DNA of 64,000 nucleotides from Pseudomonadota bacterium (GCA_021851875.1 JAJZQI010000008.1:48359-112358), one strand, 5' to 3'; positions 1 through 7,639 are shown, counted from the stretch's first letter. Notes: generated from the sequence alone by a model not told the origin. Numbers and translations are program-made.

Positions 1-2
1 TG

Positions 3-359
3 ATCGAGCCGGCGGAGCTGCTGGCGCTCAAGGTGCCGCAGCTGGGGCATGAAATTCGCGGCAGGGGCATCGAGTGGCGCCACCTGCCCATTGCCGACTA
101 TTCCGTGCCCAGCCGGGTATTTGAAGAAGAGTGGCTCACGCAAGGCCATGAGATCCGCGCGATGTTGCGCCAGGGGGACGATGTGCTGGTGCACTGCAAA
201 GGCGGGCTGGGCCGGGCGGGCATGATGGCCGCCCGGCTGCTGGTGGAGTTGGGTATGGAGCCGGAAGCGGCCATCCGTTCCGTGCGCCACGCGCGCAAGG
301 GCGCCATCGAAACGTCTGCCCAGCTGGCTCTGGTGCGGCGAACCGTAGCCATCGACTGA
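3..359 (+). CDS. Cys-based protein phosphatase (PTP/dual-specificity-like); 5' end lies outside the window
   Basis: The frame is open from base 3. The translation carries the HCxxGxxR P-loop (VHCKGGLGRAG). The stop at 357-359 is 10 nt before the next ORF. Confidence 0.7.
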   Translation: MEPAELLALKVPQLGHEIRGRGIEWRHLPIADYSVPSRVFEEEWLTQGHEIRAMLRQGDDVLVHCKGGLGRAGMMAARLLVELGMEPEAAIRSVRHARKGAIETSAQLALVRRTVAID

Positions 360-369
360 GCGGGACAGG

Positions 370-1080
370 GTGATGAGCACAGACAGGCCCATGATTGATA
401 CCGCCACCCTGCAACGGGTCGGCGGACAATTGGGCACCAACCTGGCGGGTGTTTTCCAGGACGACCGCGGCCAGCGCTATTACGTAAAAACACTGGAATC
501 CCCCGCACTTGCACGCAACGAGCTGATTGCCGCCCGGCTTTATCAACTGGCGGGCGCGCCGACATTGACCTATGTCGACACAAAAGCCCCCGACCAGGTT
601 GCTACAAAGTGGCTTGAACTCGATAAAAAACGGGTTGCGCATCTGAGCGAAAGCGAACGCAAACAGGCGCAACAATGGTTCGGTGTGCACGCCTGGACAG
701 CCAATTGGGACGCTGCCGGGTACGATGGCGACAACCAGGGTGTCGTCAACGGCAAAGTCCTGACTCTGGATCTTGGCGGGGCGCTGGCGTTCCGGGCGCA
801 CGGCGATCCCAAGGGCAAGGCCTTTGGCACTCGCGTGGACGAAATCGATGTCCTGCGAAAAGACGTTGATAATCCCCACGCGGGCAGGCTTTTTGCAGGT
901 ATGACATCAGACGACGTCAAACAAGCCATCATGAAGGTGGTGCATATCCCTGACGAACAGATTCGTCAGGTGATCACTGATAACGGCGGCAGTCCGGCGC
1001 TGGCCGAGAAAATGATCGCCCGTAAAGCCGATATGGCCAGCCGCCTGACGGAAGAATCGTCTGCTGTCATTCCCCGCTGA
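370..1080 (+). CDS. Hypothetical protein, possibly a minimal kinase-like fold
   Basis: 236-aa ORF (GTG 370 or ATG 373) tightly coupled to the phosphatase ORF. Motif order is YYVK ... NELIAARLY ... HAWTANWD..DGDNQGV ... LTLDLGGA, which resembles lysine / catalytic-loop / DxG kinase spacing. This is a pattern impression only. Confidence 0.45.
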   Translation: MMSTDRPMIDTATLQRVGGQLGTNLAGVFQDDRGQRYYVKTLESPALARNELIAARLYQLAGAPTLTYVDTKAPDQVATKWLELDKKRVAHLSESERKQAQQWFGVHAWTANWDAAGYDGDNQGVVNGKVLTLDLGGALAFRAHGDPKGKAFGTRVDEIDVLRKDVDNPHAGRLFAGMTSDDVKQAIMKVVHIPDEQIRQVITDNGGSPALAEKMIARKADMASRLTEESSAVIPR

Positions 1081-1249
1081 CCACATAAATCTGTTTTAGC
1101 TATCTTTTTGGTTCGCAATTTGCTTGTCTATTAAAAGGATCTTTCAAAACCTTTTTTATACGAGTTTCTTGTCGTGTTTACTTCAATACATCCGACAATG
1201 ACTGCGCATTCACTGGCTGCATCAGCCCGGTTGAGGCGCTGCGGCAGGC

Positions 1250-1813
1250 ATGACTGTCAATCCGGGGAGACAGTGCATGCATGACGCTTTCATGTCTGCG
1301 GAGAAAGAGGAATGGGTCATCTGGAATGGCTCATACGGCATCGTCACCATGGCGGCGATCGGCCGCATCGAGGTTGGCGCTGGTGGCAAAACAGCGTGGC
1401 TTGATGCGCCCTACGACAGCGTAGGCCCCTTCAGCCTGGATGAACTGGAGACCGAGGGACGCATCATTTTTGAGGCCTGCATCGTCATGTCGCGTCAGCG
1501 ATGGCAAGACGACCAGGTCGAATTACGACGGGAAACTTTGGAAAAACGCCGGGCGGCACAGGAACGCATGAACGAAGAATTCGAACACTTCTTCGGCGGC
1601 TACGGCGGCTATTACGAAGACCGCAAACCCTTCGATGAACTCCCGCATAGAGAAGCCCTGAACTTGCCGGTCGACGGTAAACTTGAGCCATCCCAGATCA
1701 AAGCCGCTTTTCGCCGGCTCGCCCAGAAAGTGCATCCCGACGTGGGCGGCAGCAGCGAACAATTCATTCGCATTACCGAAGCCCGCAACGCGCTGCTTGA
1801 GCATATCGCCTGA
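1250..1813 (+). CDS. J-domain (DnaJ-like) protein with an unassigned N-terminal region
   Basis: The C-terminal ~55 aa form a J domain with the HPD tripeptide (IKAAFRRLAQKVHPDVGGSSEQFIRITEARNALL). The start is uncertain because ATG codons occur at 1250, 1268 and 1292. Confidence 0.7.
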   Translation: MTVNPGRQCMHDAFMSAEKEEWVIWNGSYGIVTMAAIGRIEVGAGGKTAWLDAPYDSVGPFSLDELETEGRIIFEACIVMSRQRWQDDQVELRRETLEKRRAAQERMNEEFEHFFGGYGGYYEDRKPFDELPHREALNLPVDGKLEPSQIKAAFRRLAQKVHPDVGGSSEQFIRITEARNALLEHIA

Positions 1814-1843
1814 GCACTACCTGATATTCCCTTGAAACCAGGT

Positions 1844-2305
1844 TTAAACAGCCGCGCGAATGGTTTGCGCCAGCATCGCGAGTGCTTCATCGTTCGCTCT
1901 CTGGCAATCGTGCGAAGAGACATAACCCTCGTAGCGAGTGAAGTACTTGTCGTTACTTGAGTTGATTTTTTTGAAATCGCTCGTGTTGCCGGTGCCGTGC
2001 ATGGGAAAAAGTTTGGCGTGCGCATGGTCAACCCCATAACCTTCGAAGATCATGGCCGTGCGAGCGACGCCATCGAGTGCGCGATCAATCAGAAGACCGA
2101 CTTTCTTCGCGGCGATCACCAGTTCAGCCAGTACCGAATCCGGTAGCGCAAATGCGTAGCTCGGGTGGTGTTGCTTTGGAATCACAACGCTGAATCCCGC
2201 TGTGTTGGGGAAGATGGATAGAAACGCCATGTGGGATTCATCTTCCCAGATGACATGAGCAGGGGCTCTGCGCGCAACAATTCGGCAGAAAATGCAGTCT
2301 TCCAT
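1844..2305 (-). CDS. HIT-family (histidine triad) nucleotide hydrolase/transferase
   Basis: N-terminal CIFCRI plus the histidine triad region GVDHAHAKLFP. Confidence 0.85.
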   Translation of the reverse strand: MEDCIFCRIVARRAPAHVIWEDESHMAFLSIFPNTAGFSVVIPKQHHPSYAFALPDSVLAELVIAAKKVGLLIDRALDGVARTAMIFEGYGVDHAHAKLFPMHGTGNTSDFKKINSSNDKYFTRYEGYVSSHDCQRANDEALAMLAQTIRAAV

Positions 2306-2585
2306 GGTGTTCCCCGGTTTTCCGTTTGGACATCACTTGAGCCAGAGGAGCACCGCGCTTGGGATGATAAGCACAAGAGCCACTCCATTCAATGTCAGCC
2401 GAACCCGTTTTGACGCGGGTTCCGCCGCTAAGCATGATGACGAGCAAGCCGGACATATTGCACAATACCGGCCAATTGACCCTGCCGGTACGATACCAAA
2501 GAACACTGTGCAGGCTCATCGCCAATACGATAATCATTGCCGCCACGATGTAGACAATGCGTGAAAGCCATCTTTTTTCCTGCAT
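2238..2585 (-). CDS. Possible small two-TM membrane protein
   Basis: ATG at 2583-2585 is preceded by GAAGAGG. Two hydrophobic spans are present (IVYIVAAMIIVLAMSL, VLCNMSGLLVIMLSGG). The 3' 68 nt overlap the HIT gene and that tail looks non-protein-like. Confidence 0.3.
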   Translation of the reverse strand: MQEKRWLSRIVYIVAAMIIVLAMSLHSVLWYRTGRVNWPVLCNMSGLLVIMLSGGTRVKTGSADIEWSGSCAYHPKRGAPLAQVMSKRKTGEHHGRLHFLPNCCAQSPCSCHLGR

Positions 2586-2714
2586 TGCGACCTCTTCTTG
2601 CAAGTCAACCGCCCGTTTGCCGCATCCCCATTGAGAGGCCGGTTAGAGGGGGGAGCCTGTCAACCTCGCCTTTGGGGAAATACCCAAACAAAACGTCCCC
2701 TCCTGAGTTTAGAC

Positions 2715-3293
2715 TCAGCCGTCGCGAGCCAAGCGCGCGGCGGCAGGGACGATCGCTTGGTCAGCCGTTTCCCCCAGGCACCAATGCCAGGGCTCATAGA
2801 TGTAACCGAACTTGTTTCCTTGGGGAAACGACAGCCGAAAGCCGAATTCATGCGCATGGGCACTGAGCCAGGAAAAGGCCGGTGTGAGATCGAAATCCGC
2901 TTCGAGAGGCTGTTTGTCGCCTGTGGCGATATCAACCGCCCTGCCGGTATGATGCTCGCTGCATCCGGGCGGTGCAAGATACGTGAGGATGTCGCTGAGA
3001 AGCCGGCCGGCATTTAGTTTCTGCTGGATAAGTTCGACCTGTCGATCAACGCTGCGATAGGCGGAAACGATGTGGATTTCTATGCCGTCTCCATCGGCAG
3101 CGGATTTCATTGCGTGCCACGCATCTGCTGCAGTCGGAGTGAGATAGAACGCTCGACCGCTGGCAGTCGCTTCCACCATTTGCAGCTCTTCAGCTTCTGC
3201 AAACAACGGCAGATTCCGCTCGGCCACAAGTTGATCGGACATGCCAATCCTGCGCCACACATCGCGATACCGATCAACGAGTAACTTGTCCAT
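2715..3293 (-). CDS. VanY / M15B-type D-Ala-D-Ala carboxypeptidase-like zinc peptidase
   Basis: Motifs SAYRS..RQ, SEHHTGRAVD and EPWHW appear in the canonical order for M15 peptidases. Confidence 0.8.
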   Translation of the reverse strand: MDKLLVDRYRDVWRRIGMSDQLVAERNLPLFAEAEELQMVEATASGRAFYLTPTAADAWHAMKSAADGDGIEIHIVSAYRSVDRQVELIQQKLNAGRLLSDILTYLAPPGCSEHHTGRAVDIATGDKQPLEADFDLTPAFSWLSAHAHEFGFRLSFPQGNKFGYIYEPWHWCLGETADQAIVPAAARLARDG

Positions 3294-3637
3294 GCCGACT
3301 ATCTTAAAACAAAACGCCGCTTGTTTGAATTGGATGGTCCATTGGCTATATCAGCTGGGCTGCCAATTGCACCCTATCGTTCGAAGCGAGGAAACCGCGC
3401 CCAGGGTTCCTTCAAACCAAAAACAGGGATGCCCAGCATTAAATCTACATGGTAGTTTTGAAGCTTGGCCGCCAGTGAGCGATCATTCGACAACCTGAAA
3501 TAGATATTTTGCTGCGCTCCAACGATTTGGGGCAAAAGCATGATACTCCGTGCGGCTCATCATGGTGCGTCCTCCGACAGATGAACCCGATTCACACTGG
3601 CGCGGGATACCGATAAAGTGAACCGCCTGGTTCATCG

Positions 3638-3661
3638 TTCTGACCTTCCTTCTGACCTTCC
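3638..3661. repeat. Perfect tandem duplication of a 12-mer (TTCTGACCTTCC x2)
   Basis: Read directly at 3638-3649 and 3650-3661. Confidence 0.9.
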
Positions 3662-3841
3662 TTGTATGCAGGTTCAGGCTCACGCCCCACCCAAGTTACC
3701 GTACGGCTTGATTGAACGAAAAACAGGCTGCAGCACCTATCTGACCCACAGGCTGTTAGCCTTAAGCCTTATCGATGTCTTGCAGCCCGGCTTGCTCAAC
3801 GGCTTCATTGCAGTCCATCACGCAAACGCTGTCAATATACG

Positions 3842-3893
3842 AGGCCTTACATTTTACACAAACAAAACAGGGGTGGTGTAAAATGTAAGGCCT
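3842..3893. repeat. Perfect 18-bp inverted repeat with a 16-nt loop
   Basis: AGGCCTTACATTTTACAC (3842-3859) pairs with GTGTAAAATGTAAGGCCT (3876-3893). Confidence 0.9.
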
Positions 3894-3950
3894 GACCCCG
3901 ATTGTGTGTGCGTGACCCCGATTGTGCGATTGCGATTGTGCGATTGTGTG
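3893..3950. repeat. Direct repeats: TGACCCCGATTGTG x2 followed by reiterated CGATTG(TG) units
   Basis: TGACCCCGATTGTG occurs at 3893-3906 and 3913-3926. CGATTG(TG) copies occur at 3899, 3919, 3927, 3933 and 3941. The block runs straight into the truncated transposase frame. Confidence 0.8.
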
Positions 3951-3951
3951 T

Positions 3952-4230
3952 GACAATGGTCTGGTGTTCACGAGCCATAGCTATACGCGTCTAGTGCGCA
4001 GCTACGGCCTGCAACAAGAGTTCATTACGCCGCACTGCCCACAGCAAAACGGCATGGTAGAGCGAGTGATTCGAACCCTGAAGGAGCAATGTGTACACCG
4101 TCATCGCTTCGAAACCCAGCAACATGCGACCCGGATCATCGGTGACTGGATCCTATTCTACAACACCCAGCGCCCACACCAGGCTCTGGGCATGAAAACC
4201 CCCGCTGAAGCTTATGCTTTAGCGGCCTGA
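3952..4230 (+). pseudogene. 3' fragment of a DDE (rve / integrase-core) transposase; IS remnant
   Basis: The translation DNGLVFTSHSYTRLVRSYGLQQEFITPHCPQQNGMVERVIRTLKEQ...YNTQRPHQALGMKTPAEAY is the C-terminal third of an rve-type transposase. No upstream catalytic or HTH part is present in any frame. Confidence 0.8.
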
Positions 4231-4639
4231 CCTGCGCAGAAAATGCTAGGTCATTACAGTGATTTGGGCGGCACACGTCGGGAAAGAGAAGGACAGTGTC
4301 AGTGCTGCAAACAAGATAGCGGCAAACTATCTCATGAATGTCGAATCGCCTCGTGCATTATGTTTTGTAGCGACATTATGTAATAAAAAGGCTGTTGTGA
4401 GCCGTTTGAATGTGAACTGCATGCAGGCTTGCACAACATTGAGAAGCTGGCCCATCACGGGTATGGGCGGTAGCAAGAGGGCAATAAGGGGCATCACGCC
4501 CGTGATGCGGTCTACGGACCCAGTCAGTCGACTGTATTTCCTGAAGTGAGAATCACAAAACCATCTTGGGAGTGAAGCGGAATCGCCGCAGTGGGAAAAA
4601 CGTGGCCTGCGAAAAATCTAAAAAGGGGTTTTTATACAG

Positions 4640-4709
4640 CTTGAACGTTTGAATTCAGCGGACGGCAAAAGCGCAGCTTTTGACGGTCCGCTGGAATGAT
4701 TTGTTAGCT
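4640..4709 (-). repeat. attC site a (distal end of array)
   Basis: Read on the minus strand: AGCTAAC-AAATC-ATT(C)CAG ... CTGAAT-TCAAAC-GTTCAAG. The central loop is CAAAAGCTGCGCTTTTG. Confidence 0.75.
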
Positions 4710-5116
4710 TACTCATCCTTGCGCATGGCCTCGGAAATTGGTGAGAAAAATGCAAGTGCAAGAATGGCACCGTCAGTTAAACCTGTGAGAGAACCCACTA
4801 GGTTGTCTAATGGGACAGTGATGGCCATACCGCTAAAGGGAACAGAGGCAACGCTTACTACAACAATGGCGAGTAGCAGCCAACGCCCCCAAGACAAGAA
4901 CAATAAAAGGCCAATAGAAGAGACAACTTTCCCAAGCCCAATGGATAGGTAAAAGAAGGGGTGTTGTGTCCATGAATGGGAGCCATACCCGCCCCACGCC
5001 AGGAGGTTGGACACTTCCTTGGGGAATGCTCGTGGCGAATAGGGCAAAAAGAACCAAAGCAGGTAGGAAACCAGCGAGGCCAAAACGAGTAATTGGAATA
5101 TGCGAGTGCGCGCCAT
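4709..5116 (-). CDS. Cassette ORF: small polytopic membrane protein (about 4 TM), function unknown
   Basis: ATG at 5114-5116 lies 5 nt after the attC-b core site. The stop TAA lies inside AGCTAAC of attC-a. Hydrophobic helices include IFQLLVLASLVSYLLWFF and LLLAIVVVSVASVPF. The 298-aa track ORF is an upstream over-extension through attC sites. Confidence 0.6.
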   Translation of the reverse strand: MARTRIFQLLVLASLVSYLLWFFLPYSPRAFPKEVSNLLAWGGYGSHSWTQHPFFYLSIGLGKVVSSIGLLLFLSWGRWLLLAIVVVSVASVPFSGMAITVPLDNLVGSLTGLTDGAILALAFFSPISEAMRKDE

Positions 5117-5121
5117 GTGAA

Positions 5122-5185
5122 AGCTAACGTTTAAGCTCAGGCGCGGCGCGCTTTTGCGCCGTCGCGCTGGAGCGCAGGGTTGGGC
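5122..5185 (-). repeat. attC site b
   Basis: Read on the minus strand: GCCCAAC-CCTGC-GCT(C)CAG ... CTGAGC-TTAAAC-GTTAGCT. Confidence 0.8.
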
Positions 5186-5208
5186 GTGAAGACAATCGGA
5201 GAGAGAGC

Positions 5209-5457
5209 ATGAAACTTGAACAAGTTGAGGTAAATAAAGAACAACTGAAGCTGGCAGAAGAAGCGCTACGGCGAGCAGGCGCTGAATTAAAAACTGCATG
5301 GACACTGCTGAAGCACAATGGGATGGAGCCGACGGCAAAAGAACTGGCAGACACTGTGCTTGATGTGGAAATTTCAGCGGATCAACTGCGCGAATTTTTG
5401 ACGCCCAACGTTCAAGGTAACCGGCCTGCCGCGCTTTTTGCGGCAGGTCCGGGTTGA
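5209..5457 (+). CDS. Inverted cassette ORF: 82-aa helical, charged protein, function unknown
   Basis: GGAGAG sits 5 nt upstream of the ATG. The composition is protein-like (MKLEQVEVNKEQLKLAEEALRRAGAELK...). The 3' end runs into attC-c. Confidence 0.45.
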   Translation: MKLEQVEVNKEQLKLAEEALRRAGAELKTAWTLLKHNGMEPTAKELADTVLDVEISADQLREFLTPNVQGNRPAALFAAGPG

Positions 5458-5471
5458 CCGCAGGGTTGGGC
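5403..5471 (-). repeat. attC site c
   Basis: Read on the minus strand: GCCCAAC-CCTGC-GGT(C)AACC ... GGTTACC-TTGAAC-GTTGGGC. Confidence 0.8.
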
Positions 5472-5477
5472 GTCGCG

Positions 5478-5882
5478 CTACCGAGAGAGGGCATACCGTA
5501 GGCCATAGCCACCAAGAGTGGGTACGAACACGAAGGCCGCTTTTGAGTACCAACGCGCATACCACATGGGCTCGTCGCCAAGCGAAAACCCGAATTGGAT
5601 TTCACCGGTTGCTTGAGCGGACCAGTAATCGAGTGCAGGGAAGAAAGCCCAGACTAGACCACCTATCAGAGCTGGAATTACTTGACCAAGGGACAACACG
5701 TCAAATTTCAGCAGCGCGATACAGACGGCAAGTACTCCTCCAACTCGAAGGAGAACAGAGAGGCTGGTTTCAAAATTGACGTTGATTGCGCCGGAAAACT
5801 TCCAGACTCCGAGAGCCAGCAGGCCGACGACAACTACTGCGATTACGACAAAAGCGTTTTCATCATTTGAACTGTTGCTCAC
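5478..5882 (-). CDS. Cassette ORF: small polytopic membrane protein, function unknown
   Basis: GTG at 5880-5882 is preceded by AAGGAGG with a 7-nt spacer. Hydrophobic spans include FVVIAVVVVGLLALGVW and VGGVLAVCIALL. The TTG start in the track lies inside attC-d. Confidence 0.6.
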   Translation of the reverse strand: MSNSSNDENAFVVIAVVVVGLLALGVWKFSGAINVNFETSLSVLLRVGGVLAVCIALLKFDVLSLGQVIPALIGGLVWAFFPALDYWSAQATGEIQFGFSLGDEPMWYARWYSKAAFVFVPTLGGYGLRYALSR

Positions 5883-5909
5883 TGCAATGCCTCCTTGGAG
5901 AAATGAGAT

Positions 5910-5982
5910 GCCCAACGTCAAAGCTCAGGGGCAGGACAAAAGCGCAGCTTTTGGCCTGTCCCTCTGGAGCGCCGTGTTGGGC
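5910..5982 (-). repeat. attC site d
   Basis: Read on the minus strand: GCCCAAC-ACGGC-GCT(C)CAG ... CTGAGC-TTTGAC-GTTGGGC. The loop is identical to that of site a. Confidence 0.8.
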
Positions 5983-6007
5983 GACATTGACTCACCATGT
6001 ACGCAGC

Positions 6008-6262
6008 TTATTTGATTACAGCTAACCAAGCCGCAACTGCACTTACAAGTGAGGCAACAGCAGAAAATACGGCCACCAGCCAAAGACGGTGCTCACGCAG
6101 GTGCCGTTCAGCTTCCAGTACCCGGCGTTGTAATTCATAGTCATCAGCAATTATCGGCACGTTCCCACGGCCTGGAACGACTACCGACTGGTCTGTTTCC
6201 ATGATGACACCCAATTGCTCAGCTCTTTTTCGTAGCGCATCGCCGACGAGAAGTTTTTTCAT
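6008..6262 (-). CDS. Cassette ORF: 84-aa tail-anchored (C-terminal TM) protein
   Basis: The start is 2 nt after the stop of the M48 gene. A single C-terminal TM segment is present (LWLVAVFSAVASLVSAVAAWLAVI). Confidence 0.55.
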   Translation of the reverse strand: MKKLLVGDALRKRAEQLGVIMETDQSVVVPGRGNVPIIADDYELQRRVLEAERHLREHRLWLVAVFSAVASLVSAVAAWLAVIK

Positions 6263-6264
6263 CT

Positions 6265-7500
6265 CTATTCACCAATCAATTGAACATAGACCGGGCGAAT
6301 GGAAACTGAGCTGTACCGAATTTGCTTCAACGGAATGCCGAATTCCTTCTGTTCGTAGGGCTGCATGGGAGACCATGGAATTTCATCTCTCATCAGGACC
6401 ATCTGACCATTCAGATATTCCAGGGCGACAATAGCATGCGAGATTTGCTTCCCGGAGGTGTTGACCGCAACACCGAATAAACCCCGCCCCCCACCGCTTG
6501 CGTTTGCAACCTGCAACCTTAAAAATTGGAGTCTTTGCGCAGCAAGGCGTTGCTGTTCCAGTTGTTTCGTTTGGCGCTTAAGCTGTTCCGTCTTGGCTTC
6601 CGTTGCCTCTACATAGGAATTTGCAACTGTTTCGAGCAGGGCCGCAAATCCGCCTCCTTCGCCAGCCTTGGCCGTTGAAGGTTTGCTGTACGAATAAAGG
6701 GCATTGTTCGTCAGAAGCTTTTCGTGCTCCGGGTTGATTTCGCCGGGAACAAGATATTGCTGTACCGCAGAAGCGTATTTCACCATGTTCTTGGCGCGAT
6801 CATCGTTGAGCGGGTGATCGAACATCATGTCGCCTGTATAGCTCCCCATCGCTTGGTGCATGCGGTTCCATACCCGGACACCCACTGAGGGGTCGTAACC
6901 CGCTAAAGCCAAATAAAGGGTGGAGTACTTGTCCGCTTCGGCTTCTTGGTTCGTGGTAAAGCTGGCGTCAAAGCCTTTTTCCTTTCTCAGCCCTTTGTCG
7001 GCGAGCTTGGCAATCGCCAACTTGCCTCCCTTCTCGCTAGCGTGGCGAGCGGACACATGGGCCATTTCATGAGCGAGAACAGCAGCCAGTTCGCTGTCAT
7101 CTCTGAGGCCAACTTCGCCCTGAAAAATTCCGGAGAAAACAAACATTTTTCCTCCCCCAATTGTGAAAGCGTTCCATTCTGGAGAATCCAAAACGTGGAC
7201 TTCCCAGGGTAGTTGCTTTCTATGCGTCACTGTTTTCAGGCGATTGAATACACGATTGACCCTCTCGTAGTAAGGCGTTTCTCCGTCAATTTTTATCCCT
7301 TTTTGCTTTGCTTGGGACAATATCTGTCGCTGCGCTTCTTCCGCTTGGCGGATTTCTTGCTCCTCAGAGACGAGATTAATCTGACGCTGGCCGGTTACAG
7401 GGTCACGCGACGAGACGCCATCACTGACTGCCATCATGCCTTTATCGATTGAGGCGCATCCTGTGAGCGCGACGACCAGAACAACAGAAAATAGCCGCAT
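6265..7500 (-). CDS. Cassette ORF: M48-family zinc metallopeptidase lipoprotein with an extra coiled-coil and beta-rich C-terminal region
   Basis: Lipobox LVVALTGC after MRLFSVV, HEMAH zinc motif, and downstream NQEAEADKYS...AGYDP. RBS GGAAAGGTGG lies before the ATG at 7498-7500. Confidence 0.8.
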   Translation of the reverse strand: MRLFSVVLVVALTGCASIDKGMMAVSDGVSSRDPVTGQRQINLVSEEQEIRQAEEAQRQILSQAKQKGIKIDGETPYYERVNRVFNRLKTVTHRKQLPWEVHVLDSPEWNAFTIGGGKMFVFSGIFQGEVGLRDDSELAAVLAHEMAHVSARHASEKGGKLAIAKLADKGLRKEKGFDASFTTNQEAEADKYSTLYLALAGYDPSVGVRVWNRMHQAMGSYTGDMMFDHPLNDDRAKNMVKYASAVQQYLVPGEINPEHEKLLTNNALYSYSKPSTAKAGEGGGFAALLETVANSYVEATEAKTEQLKRQTKQLEQQRLAAQRLQFLRLQVANASGGGRGLFGVAVNTSGKQISHAIVALEYLNGQMVLMRDEIPWSPMQPYEQKEFGIPLKQIRYSSVSIRPVYVQLIGE

Positions 7501-7565
7501 GTCGAACCACCTTTCCTTACGTGTCCTGCCCTCAAATATTGCTTGCATAGAACGCCTCTCTTGTC

Positions 7566-7631
7566 GCCCAACGTTTGAATTAACCGGCTGGCGCGCTTTT
7601 GCGCCAGTCCGGGTTGAATGATGGGTTGGGC
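7566..7631 (-). repeat. attC site e
   Basis: Read on the minus strand: GCCCAAC-CCATC-ATT(C)AACC ... GGTTAAT-TCAAAC-GTTGGGC. Confidence 0.8.
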
Positions 7632-7639
7632 ATAGCCGA

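Noticed and set aside
2604-2714. I searched the intergenic regions left of 4640 (1081-1249, 1814-1843, 2604-2714, 3294-3480) for further attC sites. AGTCAAC...GTTAGAG at 2606-2655 is one example I examined.
   Set aside because: There is no internal palindrome or L''/L' pairing between the 7-mers. The genes at 1-3300 cannot be shown to be cassettes.
3483-3683. A 66-aa minus-strand ORF, considered as a possible remnant of a recombinase or transposase C-terminus (..GGRTMMSRTEYHAF..).
   Set aside because: Its similarity to the tyrosine-recombinase LGH..T..Y.H box is too loose and needs gaps. I cannot support any assignment.
4259-4549. A 96-aa plus-strand ORF in the IS-to-array gap.
   Set aside because: It has no RBS, a composition unlike neighbouring proteins, and contains the palindromic repeats. 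It is treated as non-coding.
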